Shown: piece after piece, positions 1 through 9,605 of the stretch
Layout of the letters: each line of letters starts with the position of its first letter
Position numbering within the stretch: the first letter of the stretch is position 1
From: Corallochytrium limacisporum Hawaii
Taxonomy: Eukaryota; Protista; Pluriformea
Assembly: GCA_002811645.1 (NCBI GenBank)
Contig: PDIP01000032.1
Coordinates: forward strand, 1-64,000
Length of the DNA stretch: 64,000 nt
Direction: 5' to 3'
Made by a program: the position numbers and the translations under genes
Notes under the pieces: model-generated
Told to the model about the DNA's origin: nothing
Seen by the model: the letters and a program-made list of their open reading frames with translations, nothing else
Databases searched by the model: none

Positions 1-76
1 TCTCTCTCTCTCTCTCTCTCGCTCGCTTTGGCTCTTCTCGCTCGCCTCGCACGCCTCGCACGCCTCGCACACCTCG
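1..76. repeat. (TC)n microsatellite followed by a 9-bp tandem repeat CGCCTCGCA
   Basis: (TC)10 at 1-20; about 3.5 copies of CGCCTCGCA at 43-76. Confidence 0.85.
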
Positions 77-898
77 TGTCCCATTTTTCTCGGTCGGCCA
101 AAAGGCCTCGATCTCTCCCTTTCACCGCTCTCTCCCCTTTCCGCCCCGGGGGGGGGGTGTGGGGGTTGTAAACGGGTAGAGATTGGCCTCTCGCCGCGAG
201 GGGGTGCCTAAGCATTTGGGCTGTGGCGCCATTATTAGGCAGGGTAATGTTTCTGGCCGGTGTGATCAGTTTCGAAACTTTTTAGGTTGTGCGCGCACGA
301 AGTTTGACAGTTGTGGTTGATTCGCTTTTGAATTCTTTCAGTGCGGAAATATGTACGCTATGCCTCGTTTTGTCTGGAAAGTGACGAACGAGGTCTCCAA
401 AACACAAAACGCGCCAACCCCCCCAACCCCCCCCTCCCGGGGGTACCCCCAGAGCGCGCATCATTTTCCCAACCCCTCCCCTTTCTTTTTTGTCTTTTTT
501 TTTTTTCTATTTTCCGGGTGAGAGCGGTAAGCACCTCACTCACCCCCTCTTTTTTTTTTTGTTTTGATTAGGCTCCTTTCTCCGGTGGCTTAAGGTATCT
601 TTCTCCGGTGTGGGTGTTCGTGAGTCGCCCTCCCCCCGCCCACCGGACCCCCTCCCCTTCTCAAACGCTGGGGAGATTGAGTGGGTTGGGGGCCAGTAGC
701 GAGAACCCTCCGGTGGGGAGGGGGTTGTTGTTGGCTCCGGGTGTGCGCCGCTGTGGAACACATTTGAGCTGGAAAGAAAGACTGAGAAAAAAAACTACTT
801 TCAGGAGAAAAACAAATTGAATATTTTCTTGATTCAAAATATTTAAAATACACAGGGAAAGGTTCCGTTAAACACCCCGTCCCCCTGATGGAGTGAAT

Positions 899-3811
899 TC
901 AGAGATCGACCCGGCGTTTCAACAAGAGGGTGACGTCGTCTTGAGTCATCAACCAGCGGGAGCCCCCGGTGCCATCTCCGCTGTTCATAGCTTCACTGCC
1001 GAGACCGGAGGATGCGTGTACCATGGCCAGGCCGTCTTCAACTGAGTCCGCGCATAGAACGGCGGCAGAGCTGGTGACACGGGCGAAACGGTCACGTACT
1101 GTCCATGACGACAACTCGCCAAGGCGACTGACCAAGGCCCGCAGACCGCTGTCAAACTGCAAGGCACCGAGTTGGTTGAAGTCAATCTGTATCACGACCT
1201 GAAACAATGCATCCGCCACCGACCCGCTCACTTTATCAACCAATGCAAGGTAATTTGGCCTGCGGAGGGCTTCTGACAGTGGTTTGAGCGAGTACTCAAT
1301 CTGCTGAAGGACGAGGCCCATGGGGTTACCTTCCATCTCACGCTTGTGGTACTCATCATCGTCCACCACATGGCCCATGGCAACGTATCGCTGCAGAGCT
1401 GCCTCCAACGGAGACACAAAGAGCTCAATTACCAACAGATTGATTGCATTGTCCACACACTTCTTCATACGCCGGGCTCCAGATAGGAAGTCCTCGAAAC
1501 ACGAATATTCCTTCTCTAGCTGGTGTGCCAAGAGCCGCTCACGCAAAGACGCGTCTGGATTGTCGTGCTGGATGTGGTCTTGGTGACTTTGTGGTGCACT
1601 GCCATCACCGTCGGCGATCTCTTTTTGCAGGCGAGTCATGGCTGCTGCCTCTGCTTGTGCGCGCAGGGTCTTAATGAGCTGCTCTCCGTATTCGAAGCAC
1701 AGGAAAGCGTCATTCAGATGGGCTACAAAGAGTTCTGCGGCGCTCAAATTTTGCAAAAGATCTTCATCGCTGACAGGTCCGTTGTTCTTTCCAATGCCCT
1801 TGCCGTCCTTACCATCTCCGCCAGTTGCACCAATACCGACCTTGCTCAGCTGCTCCCGGCCCTTTTCTAGGGTTGCACCCAAAGGTTGTGCAAGTTTGAT
1901 GCCCTTACGTAGCATCTGGCGCAATTGATTGTCTCCGCCCAAAGCATCTTTCCGGAGCGCTCCCTCCAGCCGGGGTTGCAGGGCGTCCTGTAGAATTGAT
2001 CCACAAATATTGACCAGGGCGCAGAAGCCTTCGATGTAGGTGCTGTTCAGAGCCCGACGACAGCACTTCGAAAAGAGAAAGAACACATCGTCTGGCAAGG
2101 AAGTGCACATTGAATCACGATCGAGCCGTCCGAGACGGACCGCCCGCGCAACAGAGTCGCGCAAGAACTGCTCTTCCAACACCGCATAGTTGATCCGCAG
2201 TTCCAGCATCACGCTTTCCGTGCCGGAGTTTTGCATAATATCCATGATGGCCTGCTCATAGTTATCCCGTTGTGTTTGCAGTTGCTTTTTCCTGCGGGTC
2301 TCACTCTCTTCATCATCATTCTCTGCGTCATTCAGAAAGGCGGCCGCTCCCACCGATGTTGACAGTCTGCTCAAACTGCGTCCGTCGGTAATGGACTGCG
2401 AACGACCATCTGCGCTTGTAATAGAGGCTAGACGCTGTAGCCCGGTAGGATTGGAGTCCACGGGCAGAGTCTGAGTGTTCAAGAAGCTGCTCATTAGTCT
2501 CCGCCGCACAAACGACCAGTACAAGTCTGCACGCTGTGACATGCGCACAATTTCTTCAAGAAGCATGTCCAGTTCATGAAGCTGAACCTGCTGGCGCTCG
2601 TTGGCGTCCTGTCGATTGTCACCCCTACCAGGTGACACGACGCCCCTCTGTTGCGTGTCTGTCTCCCGTGCTCCACCGATGCGCTTCTGACGCGAGTCAA
2701 GGTCCTTCGTCTCACGGAAATGAGATATCAATTTGCTGATTACGTCGTCGCCCCCACTCTGCAAGACCTTCAGGAACTCCACACCATACGACGCCCCGTA
2801 GTAGGTCTCTACAGCAGACTGATACTCGTCCACCAATCGGGCCAAGCCGTCCAAACACCGCGTCAGACTCACCAAGTGTACCATGGTGTTTCCTTTTACC
2901 GTCTGTCGCGCTGGTGTGGTGACCCCTTGCAGCCATTGACTATCAGCTTCCGCCTTGTACTGCTTCTGCAAGCCCTCGGCAAACACCCGAATGCCCTCAT
3001 TGTGCAAATTAAGTCGCGGAAATTGTTTGAAGAGCTGTAGGGCACCATTCCGCGCCCGTACTGCGTCCATGGCCGGTGGTTCTTGCATGGAGCTGTTCAC
3101 ATCCGCAGGGCCACCAGGCGCGGCCTCCTTTTGTTGGGGCGGTACCGTTCCACCAGGACCTGAACCCGCCATCAAAGCCACAGCATTGGCCATGCGCGTC
3201 CGTAGGGTGGCTTCGATCTTCTTGTGACAGCCCTCAAAGACATCCTTTGCGCTGCGGAGGCCTCCTGGTCCAAGCGGTCGCATGATCTCCGGATCCCGAA
3301 GAACCTCCACAGGCATCTTCAAATATATGCTCAGAAAGTGAGTCGCAGCCTCCAGGTCGTCCGCTTCCAACGCTGGTTCGATCTTTGTTGCTGTGTCAAG
3401 GAGTGTCAGAATGTTTTCCACGCGACGCATAACCAGACTCAACCGCTCCTGGGCAATGTCAAGCTCCTTGATTTTGCTATTGATGGTCTCAGCAAGAGAC
3501 GCTGACTGGATCACGCTTTCGCAGATTTCCTGCATGGCCGGCTTGGTTTCTTCCTGGAGTTTTGCTCCCGATACTTTCAGCGACTGCTGCATACTTGTCA
3601 GATCTAACCGTTGGTCAAGTGTGCGTTTCAGACTCTCTCGAACGCGAGCGTCTGCGGCAGACAGACTCTTCAGTGCCGCTTGGGCAGACGCAGCATCGTT
3701 CATCCGAGCCGGTACCACTGTCGCGATGCTCCGCCGCAACTCTGCTGCAGTCTCTCCCTCGAGACTCGGGGGGCCTTGTGTGCCCGGATTAATTGCCGCC
3801 GTGGTGCTCAT
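899..3811 (-). CDS. COG4: Conserved oligomeric Golgi complex subunit 4
   Basis: 970-aa helical ORF; N-terminal coiled coil 'LAETINSKIKELDIAQERL', 'TSLPDDVFFLFSKCCRRAL', C-terminal 'FNQLGALQFDSGLRALV...VRDRFARV...LKRRVDL'. Start may extend 4 codons via an intron at 3822-3880. Confidence 0.9.
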   Translation of the reverse strand: MSTTAAINPGTQGPPSLEGETAAELRRSIATVVPARMNDAASAQAALKSLSAADARVRESLKRTLDQRLDLTSMQQSLKVSGAKLQEETKPAMQEICESVIQSASLAETINSKIKELDIAQERLSLVMRRVENILTLLDTATKIEPALEADDLEAATHFLSIYLKMPVEVLRDPEIMRPLGPGGLRSAKDVFEGCHKKIEATLRTRMANAVALMAGSGPGGTVPPQQKEAAPGGPADVNSSMQEPPAMDAVRARNGALQLFKQFPRLNLHNEGIRVFAEGLQKQYKAEADSQWLQGVTTPARQTVKGNTMVHLVSLTRCLDGLARLVDEYQSAVETYYGASYGVEFLKVLQSGGDDVISKLISHFRETKDLDSRQKRIGGARETDTQQRGVVSPGRGDNRQDANERQQVQLHELDMLLEEIVRMSQRADLYWSFVRRRLMSSFLNTQTLPVDSNPTGLQRLASITSADGRSQSITDGRSLSRLSTSVGAAAFLNDAENDDEESETRRKKQLQTQRDNYEQAIMDIMQNSGTESVMLELRINYAVLEEQFLRDSVARAVRLGRLDRDSMCTSLPDDVFFLFSKCCRRALNSTYIEGFCALVNICGSILQDALQPRLEGALRKDALGGDNQLRQMLRKGIKLAQPLGATLEKGREQLSKVGIGATGGDGKDGKGIGKNNGPVSDEDLLQNLSAAELFVAHLNDAFLCFEYGEQLIKTLRAQAEAAAMTRLQKEIADGDGSAPQSHQDHIQHDNPDASLRERLLAHQLEKEYSCFEDFLSGARRMKKCVDNAINLLVIELFVSPLEAALQRYVAMGHVVDDDEYHKREMEGNPMGLVLQQIEYSLKPLSEALRRPNYLALVDKVSGSVADALFQVVIQIDFNQLGALQFDSGLRALVSRLGELSSWTVRDRFARVTSSAAVLCADSVEDGLAMVHASSGLGSEAMNSGDGTGGSRWLMTQDDVTLLLKRRVDL

Positions 3812-3821
3812 GGCTGCGTTC

Positions 3822-3880
3822 CTGTGCCCAAAGACCGATTGCTATGTGGCTGTCCTAGCCGGTTTGTGAACTCAGCTTAC
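3822..3880 (-). other. Candidate 59-nt intron splitting the COG4 start codon
   Basis: AT|GTAAGC...GGCACAG|G AAC GCA GCC ATG; spliced product ATG-AAC-GCA-GCC-ATG is in frame. Confidence 0.6.
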
Positions 3881-4846
3881 ATTGTCGTATGCACAAAGAT
3901 GTCAGCGGTCCTAGTTTGGCGTCGTCGCACACATGCCAAAGTAGTCTTCTCTGCGATGACGCTACCTATTTGTACAGTATGGTGGTATCCTGTCCCAAAT
4001 ACGCTTGCGATTCGCAAGGCGCGAACATCCAGTAGAGCCCCGCGAGTCCCAACGCAAAACACCAGGGGGAGTCCGGAAGTATGGGTACCGGCACATTCAC
4101 TATAGATTGCTACTTTACAAAATGTACGTATGTTTATATAATGGCTCTCTTGAAGCAGATAGCAAGTACTGACCATTGACACCTAGTCACTATTTTAAAA
4201 CAGTCAGTATATTTTTCTGCCTCCGGTGGTGCAATACAATTCATATTTTGTTTAAAGCCACCCCCCAACCCCCCTTTTTTTTGTTTTGCCCTTTCCCAAC
4301 GGGTACTGGTCCCCCCCCCGCGGGGGGGGGGGCTCCCTCCGGGGGCCCGGCGGATTGGCTTTTCCTTCGCTTTCCCGAGCCGTTGGTGTTACGGTATGCC
4401 CGGTTGGAGAGGAAGGGGGGGGGGGTTGGCTGGTTTGGGTGCGAGCCTTTCTCGCTCGTCCCTTATTCCCCATGTGATTGCAGAGACAGACAAGGGAGAA
4501 CCCCCGGTGGGGGGGGGGTCAAGAGCGAGGCTGCTTGTGTTTGTTGAAGCGTCTTGTAACGGTCAAGAAGTGGGGACACAGAGTGTTTGGAAACGGGTTG
4601 CTCTTTAGTTTGTGACGTTTTGGTGCGTTATTACATTTCGCACAGTCCTGTTGGCATCATTAACGATGTGAATGTATAAAAGATCAAGGACAGAACGTAT
4701 AAAGCAAGGACGCAAGGGTCCTGGTAAAGGTCACGGCTACGAAGATCAAGGCGGCAATTAGTAGACGGTGCACGAGACAATGAAGGGAAGTTGAACCTGT
4801 AGGAACAAGCACACTTAGTTTTATACGCAACGCTATATTGAACATA

Positions 4847-7027
4847 ATGGGAGAGTCAACGTGCCACGTACCAATCCTGCTAGAAGTGCAGGAGGCACGC
4901 AGTCTCCACGGTCTTCGTCACGACGATCACCGTCAGTACCGCCGCTTTTGCACCAACAAGGTCAGCCGTTTGGCGAAGACTCTGCAGTTTACACATACAA
5001 AGGGTACTAAGGGACGCTATGACAAGACAAAACCGCTGTCTTTGCATGCTATGCTCAACAAGCCGAGCAACAAAACTGCCGGAAGGGCCGTGCCTGGCAA
5101 TGCTAGAGAAGTAAGTGGGATTCGTGCTCGTCTGCTGCTGGTGCCCGTTTACCGTAGCGAGCGGTACTGGGCCTACGCAATGGAGTGTCTGTCCACTCTC
5201 TCGGAAGTTGGCCGTCGAAAGCATCACGCCAAGAAGGCCCTAGAGAAAGCAGTGCAGGAACTGAAGACGGCCTTGAAGCTGGCCCGCGGACTTAAGATAG
5301 CAATTCAGAAGCACGTTGAACGGGAGGCAGAGGCCGCGAACAAGCCGGAGGGCGAGGAAATGGAAGTCGACGAGAAGGACAAAGACTATGTCGGCGATGT
5401 CCTACCCTTGTGTAGGCCAGCAGAGGACACAGCTGCCCTGGGCAAGCTGATTCTTGAGCTACAGTGTCGACTGAACTACATGATGGGTGTGCTGAATTTC
5501 GAAACGGAGCACTGGGGCGTTGCTGCTCGTCACTTTCGTACCTGCCGAAGTATGGGAGCTGATATTTCGCGCTTAGGATCGGCAAGGGAGGTGCGTAAGG
5601 ACTTTGTGCCTCTAAACCCAGATGAGTTGCGGTGCTACGCTCTACTGGCCGACGAATTGGTGCCCAAGTTGGAATACTGTGCCGCCATGATGACGAACCG
5701 AAAGCACCTGGACGATGACACTGCTGCCAAGGTCGGCACTGCCATTTTACAGGCGTACCTGAGTGTGGAAGAGCGGAAGGGAGGCAAGAATGTACAGGCT
5801 CAGCGTCAGAAGCGCCGTCTGGCGAACCTGGACAGTGCCATGGAGAAGTTGAAATTGGAGAAGCAACAGGCTGCTGCTGCTCTCTCCAGTGGTGTTCGGT
5901 CTGCCGAGGGCGGTAGCCTTACCCCTGAGCAGCGTGGACTGCCTAACATGCTGCGCTTTGCTGACAACGCGGTGACCATTGGTGATATCCGCCTGCAACA
6001 GCTGCTAACCCAGGCCATCAATGCCCGCAATGAAATGATTAAGGTGGCGTCGTCCATCACGGATCTGCTAAAGGGTGAAGCCAGCTCTACCAATGCAGTG
6101 CTGAGTGCCTTTGACTCGTTCAGTGCCCTCTGCGGTCAGGCCCGCGAGCGTGCCGGACAGCTGGCTGACGAGGCCGACCGTGCTGGACCCCGACGTGTCA
6201 AGGACGCCACTGCTGGCGGCGATCAGGTCGCCAACATGCGCACAGTAATGGCCTTTCTGACGGATATGCAATCCGAGAGCTCACTGCTTCGCTCCGCAGT
6301 CATGCTGCGCGATGCTTTGCACAAGGATGTGAAAGGTGGTATTGTTATGAGCTTCCTGCTGCCCAAAGATCATCCAGATCAGCCTCTGCTCAAGCACGCT
6401 GCTCAGAATGCTTTGCGTGTCACCGATCTGGCCACCCAGGAACTACAGCACCTCGGCAGCCTCGCAATCTACCAGGACGAGGCCTCCCCGCGCCTTCAGC
6501 TGCTCAAGGCTCGCATTGCGTCCGTGCGTGGCGAGAGCCACGCCATTATGGCCATGATTTGTGCCACTGATGCCCGGTGGAAAGAGTGTGTGGCTCTCCT
6601 GGAACGCGCGACGGAGAGTATCACCGAATCGCTCGCTGAGTACGAGCCTGTGGCTGCGGCCGTAGACTCGGTCAGTGCCAGTGACGTGGATTTCGTGCCT
6701 GTGCTACGGACTATTGGCGGAGAGCTTGAGCGCAGGGCGCACTTCGTGCGTTCTCTGCGATGCATGGCCCGGGCTCGCGCCGGTTCCGGCGATGTCGAAC
6801 CGGAGGCAAACCCTGCACTGCTGAAGGATCCCTTGCGGGACTTTGACCTCATCAATCCCGTGCGGTCACTCTCCCTGCCCCCTCAGCCGCGCCTAGTTCC
6901 ATGCCGTCCAATCTTCTACGATGTGGCCAGCGCTTTCCTTCCTCTGCCAGCCGAAGTCGAGGCTGCCGCACAGAACGTTTCAAGCCAGCAGGGCGTTGGT
7001 GGATTCTTCCGCAGTTTCCTAGGTTGA
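4847..7027 (+). CDS. SRP68: Signal recognition particle subunit SRP68
   Basis: 'HGLRHDDHRQYRRFCTNKVSRL', 'ERYWAYAM', C-terminal 'PCRPIFYDVA' and 'GGFFRSFLG'; first ATG at 4847. Confidence 0.9.
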   Translation: MGESTCHVPILLEVQEARSLHGLRHDDHRQYRRFCTNKVSRLAKTLQFTHTKGTKGRYDKTKPLSLHAMLNKPSNKTAGRAVPGNAREVSGIRARLLLVPVYRSERYWAYAMECLSTLSEVGRRKHHAKKALEKAVQELKTALKLARGLKIAIQKHVEREAEAANKPEGEEMEVDEKDKDYVGDVLPLCRPAEDTAALGKLILELQCRLNYMMGVLNFETEHWGVAARHFRTCRSMGADISRLGSAREVRKDFVPLNPDELRCYALLADELVPKLEYCAAMMTNRKHLDDDTAAKVGTAILQAYLSVEERKGGKNVQAQRQKRRLANLDSAMEKLKLEKQQAAAALSSGVRSAEGGSLTPEQRGLPNMLRFADNAVTIGDIRLQQLLTQAINARNEMIKVASSITDLLKGEASSTNAVLSAFDSFSALCGQARERAGQLADEADRAGPRRVKDATAGGDQVANMRTVMAFLTDMQSESSLLRSAVMLRDALHKDVKGGIVMSFLLPKDHPDQPLLKHAAQNALRVTDLATQELQHLGSLAIYQDEASPRLQLLKARIASVRGESHAIMAMICATDARWKECVALLERATESITESLAEYEPVAAAVDSVSASDVDFVPVLRTIGGELERRAHFVRSLRCMARARAGSGDVEPEANPALLKDPLRDFDLINPVRSLSLPPQPRLVPCRPIFYDVASAFLPLPAEVEAAAQNVSSQQGVGGFFRSFLG

Positions 7028-7733
7028 ATAGACAGATAGTGGTGGCATCTCGCTACACAACAACACTGTGTGCACACGCACACACACACAACCCCCACCC
7101 GCCCAGGCGGGGAATCCACACTTGAGCACTTGCCAATCTGCAAAAACTGAAACGACATTTTTATTGGTGTTGCAACAGTTTGGCCAATAAATACATCCTG
7201 CTATCTTCTAATTGCAGGAAAATTGATGTAAAAATAGCATGCTTCATTATACGGACTTCTTTTTAATCCCGAGCTCCTATAGTTGGTACACGTGTTGGCT
7301 ATTTTTCCCACTCTTGGGTTTCCGGTGGGGGCAGATGAGCCACACACTGACGATGTCTTGCTTCAGCCAGAGAGGCAAGCGCCTGTGTAGTAGCGATGGC
7401 AGTTTGGAATGAACGAGGACAGGAGAAACCGAGGGGGAGGGTGTTCGCAAACTCAGGACGGAGGGACCTAGGCCATTCCTGGCACAGATTGTGTGTTGCA
7501 CTTTTAAGTTTCTTATGAAGAACTCAATGGTTTTCCTGACTTGCTTCTCTCACCGTTCGGTCTGTTCAATATTCTGGAGACGACTTTCCTTGGAGGTTTT
7601 GAGAATTTACCCGTTTGAATCTCAGATATGTCAAGTGTTCTCGTCGGAAATTATGTAGGAGTTTGTGAAGGTATTTACGAGCATGATCAATGGTATTTGG
7701 CAAGCCGCCCCTCCTTGCTAGACCTTTTGACGG

Positions 7734-7773
7734 GTATGTATGCACGGGAAACTAGTTTGAATGGCACCGTCAG
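7734..7773 (+). other. Candidate 40-nt 5'UTR intron of eRF3
   Basis: GG|GTATGT...CGTCAG|, ending 18 nt before the ATG. Confidence 0.45.
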
Positions 7774-7791
7774 AAATAAGTCGATTCAACT

Positions 7792-9417
7792 ATGTCTTTG
7801 AACCCTAACGCGTCATCTTTCAATCCGAACGCTGCGGAGTTTACTCCCACCGCGGCCAAGGAAGAGCCTGCTGAGGATTGGGAAGCAGCCGGAGAACAGG
7901 CCGCGGAGGCTGTTGAGAAGGTTCAGATCAAGGACGAGGCCCCTGCAGAGGCTCCGGTTGAGGAGAAACCTAGTGCGCCGGCTGTCGAAGCACCAACTGA
8001 TAACACACCACGGGCAACGGAACCAACGGACACTTTGAGCAAGAAGGAACAGGAGAAAATTGATCGGGCCAACAAGATCGCGCAGCTAAAGGACGATGCG
8101 AATGCTCGTGAGCACGTCAATATTTGTTTCATCGGTCACGTTGATGCCGGTAAGTCTACCATCGGTGGTCATTTGCTTGTTCTGACCGGTATGGTCGACG
8201 ACCGTACTTTGGAAAAGTACCAACGAGAGTCCAAGGAGAAGAACCGTGAAACCTGGTATCTTAGTTGGGCACTTGATCAGAACCCGGAAGAACGTGACAA
8301 GGGTAAGACCGTCGAAGTCGGCCGCGCTTTCTTTGACACAGAGAAGAAGCGATACATTGTCTTAGACGCTCCTGGTCACAAGGGATTCGTGCACCACATG
8401 ATTGGTGGTGTGGCCGAGGCTGATATTGGTGTTCTCGTCATTAGTGCTCGAAAGGGTGAATTTGAGACCGGGTTCGAGAAGGGAGGACAAACCCGTGAGC
8501 ATGCCATGCTTGCCAAAACGGCCGGCATTAAACATCTGGTCGTTGTCATCAACAAAATGGACGACCCTACGGTAAACTGGGACAAGAAGCGCTACGACGA
8601 GTGCTCCAACGGTCTTAAACCCTTCCTGAAGCAATGTGGATTTAGTCCCCGGGAAACTTTCTTCATGCCCATCTCCGGCTATCTTGGCTACAACTTGAAG
8701 AACCGCATCCCTGAAGGTGTTTGCCCGTGGTACGATGGCCCTTCTCTCTTGGAGCACCTGGACAACCTGCCGAAGATGGAACGTATGGGCCTAGACCAAC
8801 CGTTGCGCATGCCTGTCAGCGACCGCTTCAAAGAAATGGGAGCCCTTGTTCTTACAGGTAAGTTGGAGAGTGGTTCCATCTTTACGAACTCCAAGGCTCT
8901 TCTCATGCCCTCGAAGAAGATGGTGGAAATCACCAAGATCACACTTGACGAGGATGAGATCGAGCTGTGCAAAGCTGGTGACAGTGTCAAATTGTTTGTT
9001 AAGGGCATCGAGGAAGAGGATGTACAGGCTGGGTTTGTTCTTTGTGACCCGAAGAACCCCGTGCACGCAGTGAATTGCTTCGACGCTCAGGTTGTTGTGC
9101 TTGACCATCCGTCCATTATCTGCGCCGGTTTCTCCTGTGTGCTCCACTTGCATACTGAACAGACTGATGTGACTTTCAAGGCTCTACTTCGCATGCTAGA
9201 CAAGAAGACTGGAAAACCAGTAGATGACAAGCGGCCGCGCTTTATGAAACAGGGACAAGTGGCTTTGGTCCGTCTGGTCACACCCCAGAGCATCTGTGTT
9301 GAAGTTTTCAAGGAGTTCCCCCAGCTGGGACGGTTCACTCTGCGTGACGAGACACGCACCCTAGGTATCGGTAAGGTCCTCAAGCTGCGCCCTGAGTTCA
9401 GCGAGGGAGGTAACTGA
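7792..9417 (+). CDS. SUP35: Eukaryotic peptide chain release factor GTP-binding subunit eRF3
   Basis: GHVDAGKST, DAPGH, NKMD GTPase motifs; 'RETWYLSWALD', 'GRFTLRD'; N-terminal PAM2 motifs. Confidence 0.97.
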   Translation: MSLNPNASSFNPNAAEFTPTAAKEEPAEDWEAAGEQAAEAVEKVQIKDEAPAEAPVEEKPSAPAVEAPTDNTPRATEPTDTLSKKEQEKIDRANKIAQLKDDANAREHVNICFIGHVDAGKSTIGGHLLVLTGMVDDRTLEKYQRESKEKNRETWYLSWALDQNPEERDKGKTVEVGRAFFDTEKKRYIVLDAPGHKGFVHHMIGGVAEADIGVLVISARKGEFETGFEKGGQTREHAMLAKTAGIKHLVVVINKMDDPTVNWDKKRYDECSNGLKPFLKQCGFSPRETFFMPISGYLGYNLKNRIPEGVCPWYDGPSLLEHLDNLPKMERMGLDQPLRMPVSDRFKEMGALVLTGKLESGSIFTNSKALLMPSKKMVEITKITLDEDEIELCKAGDSVKLFVKGIEEEDVQAGFVLCDPKNPVHAVNCFDAQVVVLDHPSIICAGFSCVLHLHTEQTDVTFKALLRMLDKKTGKPVDDKRPRFMKQGQVALVRLVTPQSICVEVFKEFPQLGRFTLRDETRTLGIGKVLKLRPEFSEGGN

Positions 9418-9605
9418 ACCACCCAAATCTGGATGTAAAGAAGCAAGTCACCACATCACGTAAGTCTATCATGCACACACTGAATATAACACAAGTTCAT
9501 GTCTCGAAAACCACGCAGATTCATTACACAAATCACCTGTTCGATCTCCAATCTCCAATGATAGTGTTTGTCGCCTTACATGATACAATGATACAAAGTT
9601 GTTTC

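Noticed and set aside
94-112. GGCCTTTTGGC (minus strand) resembling U2 snRNA stem I
   Set aside because: Branch-pairing GTAGTA and the Sm site do not follow.
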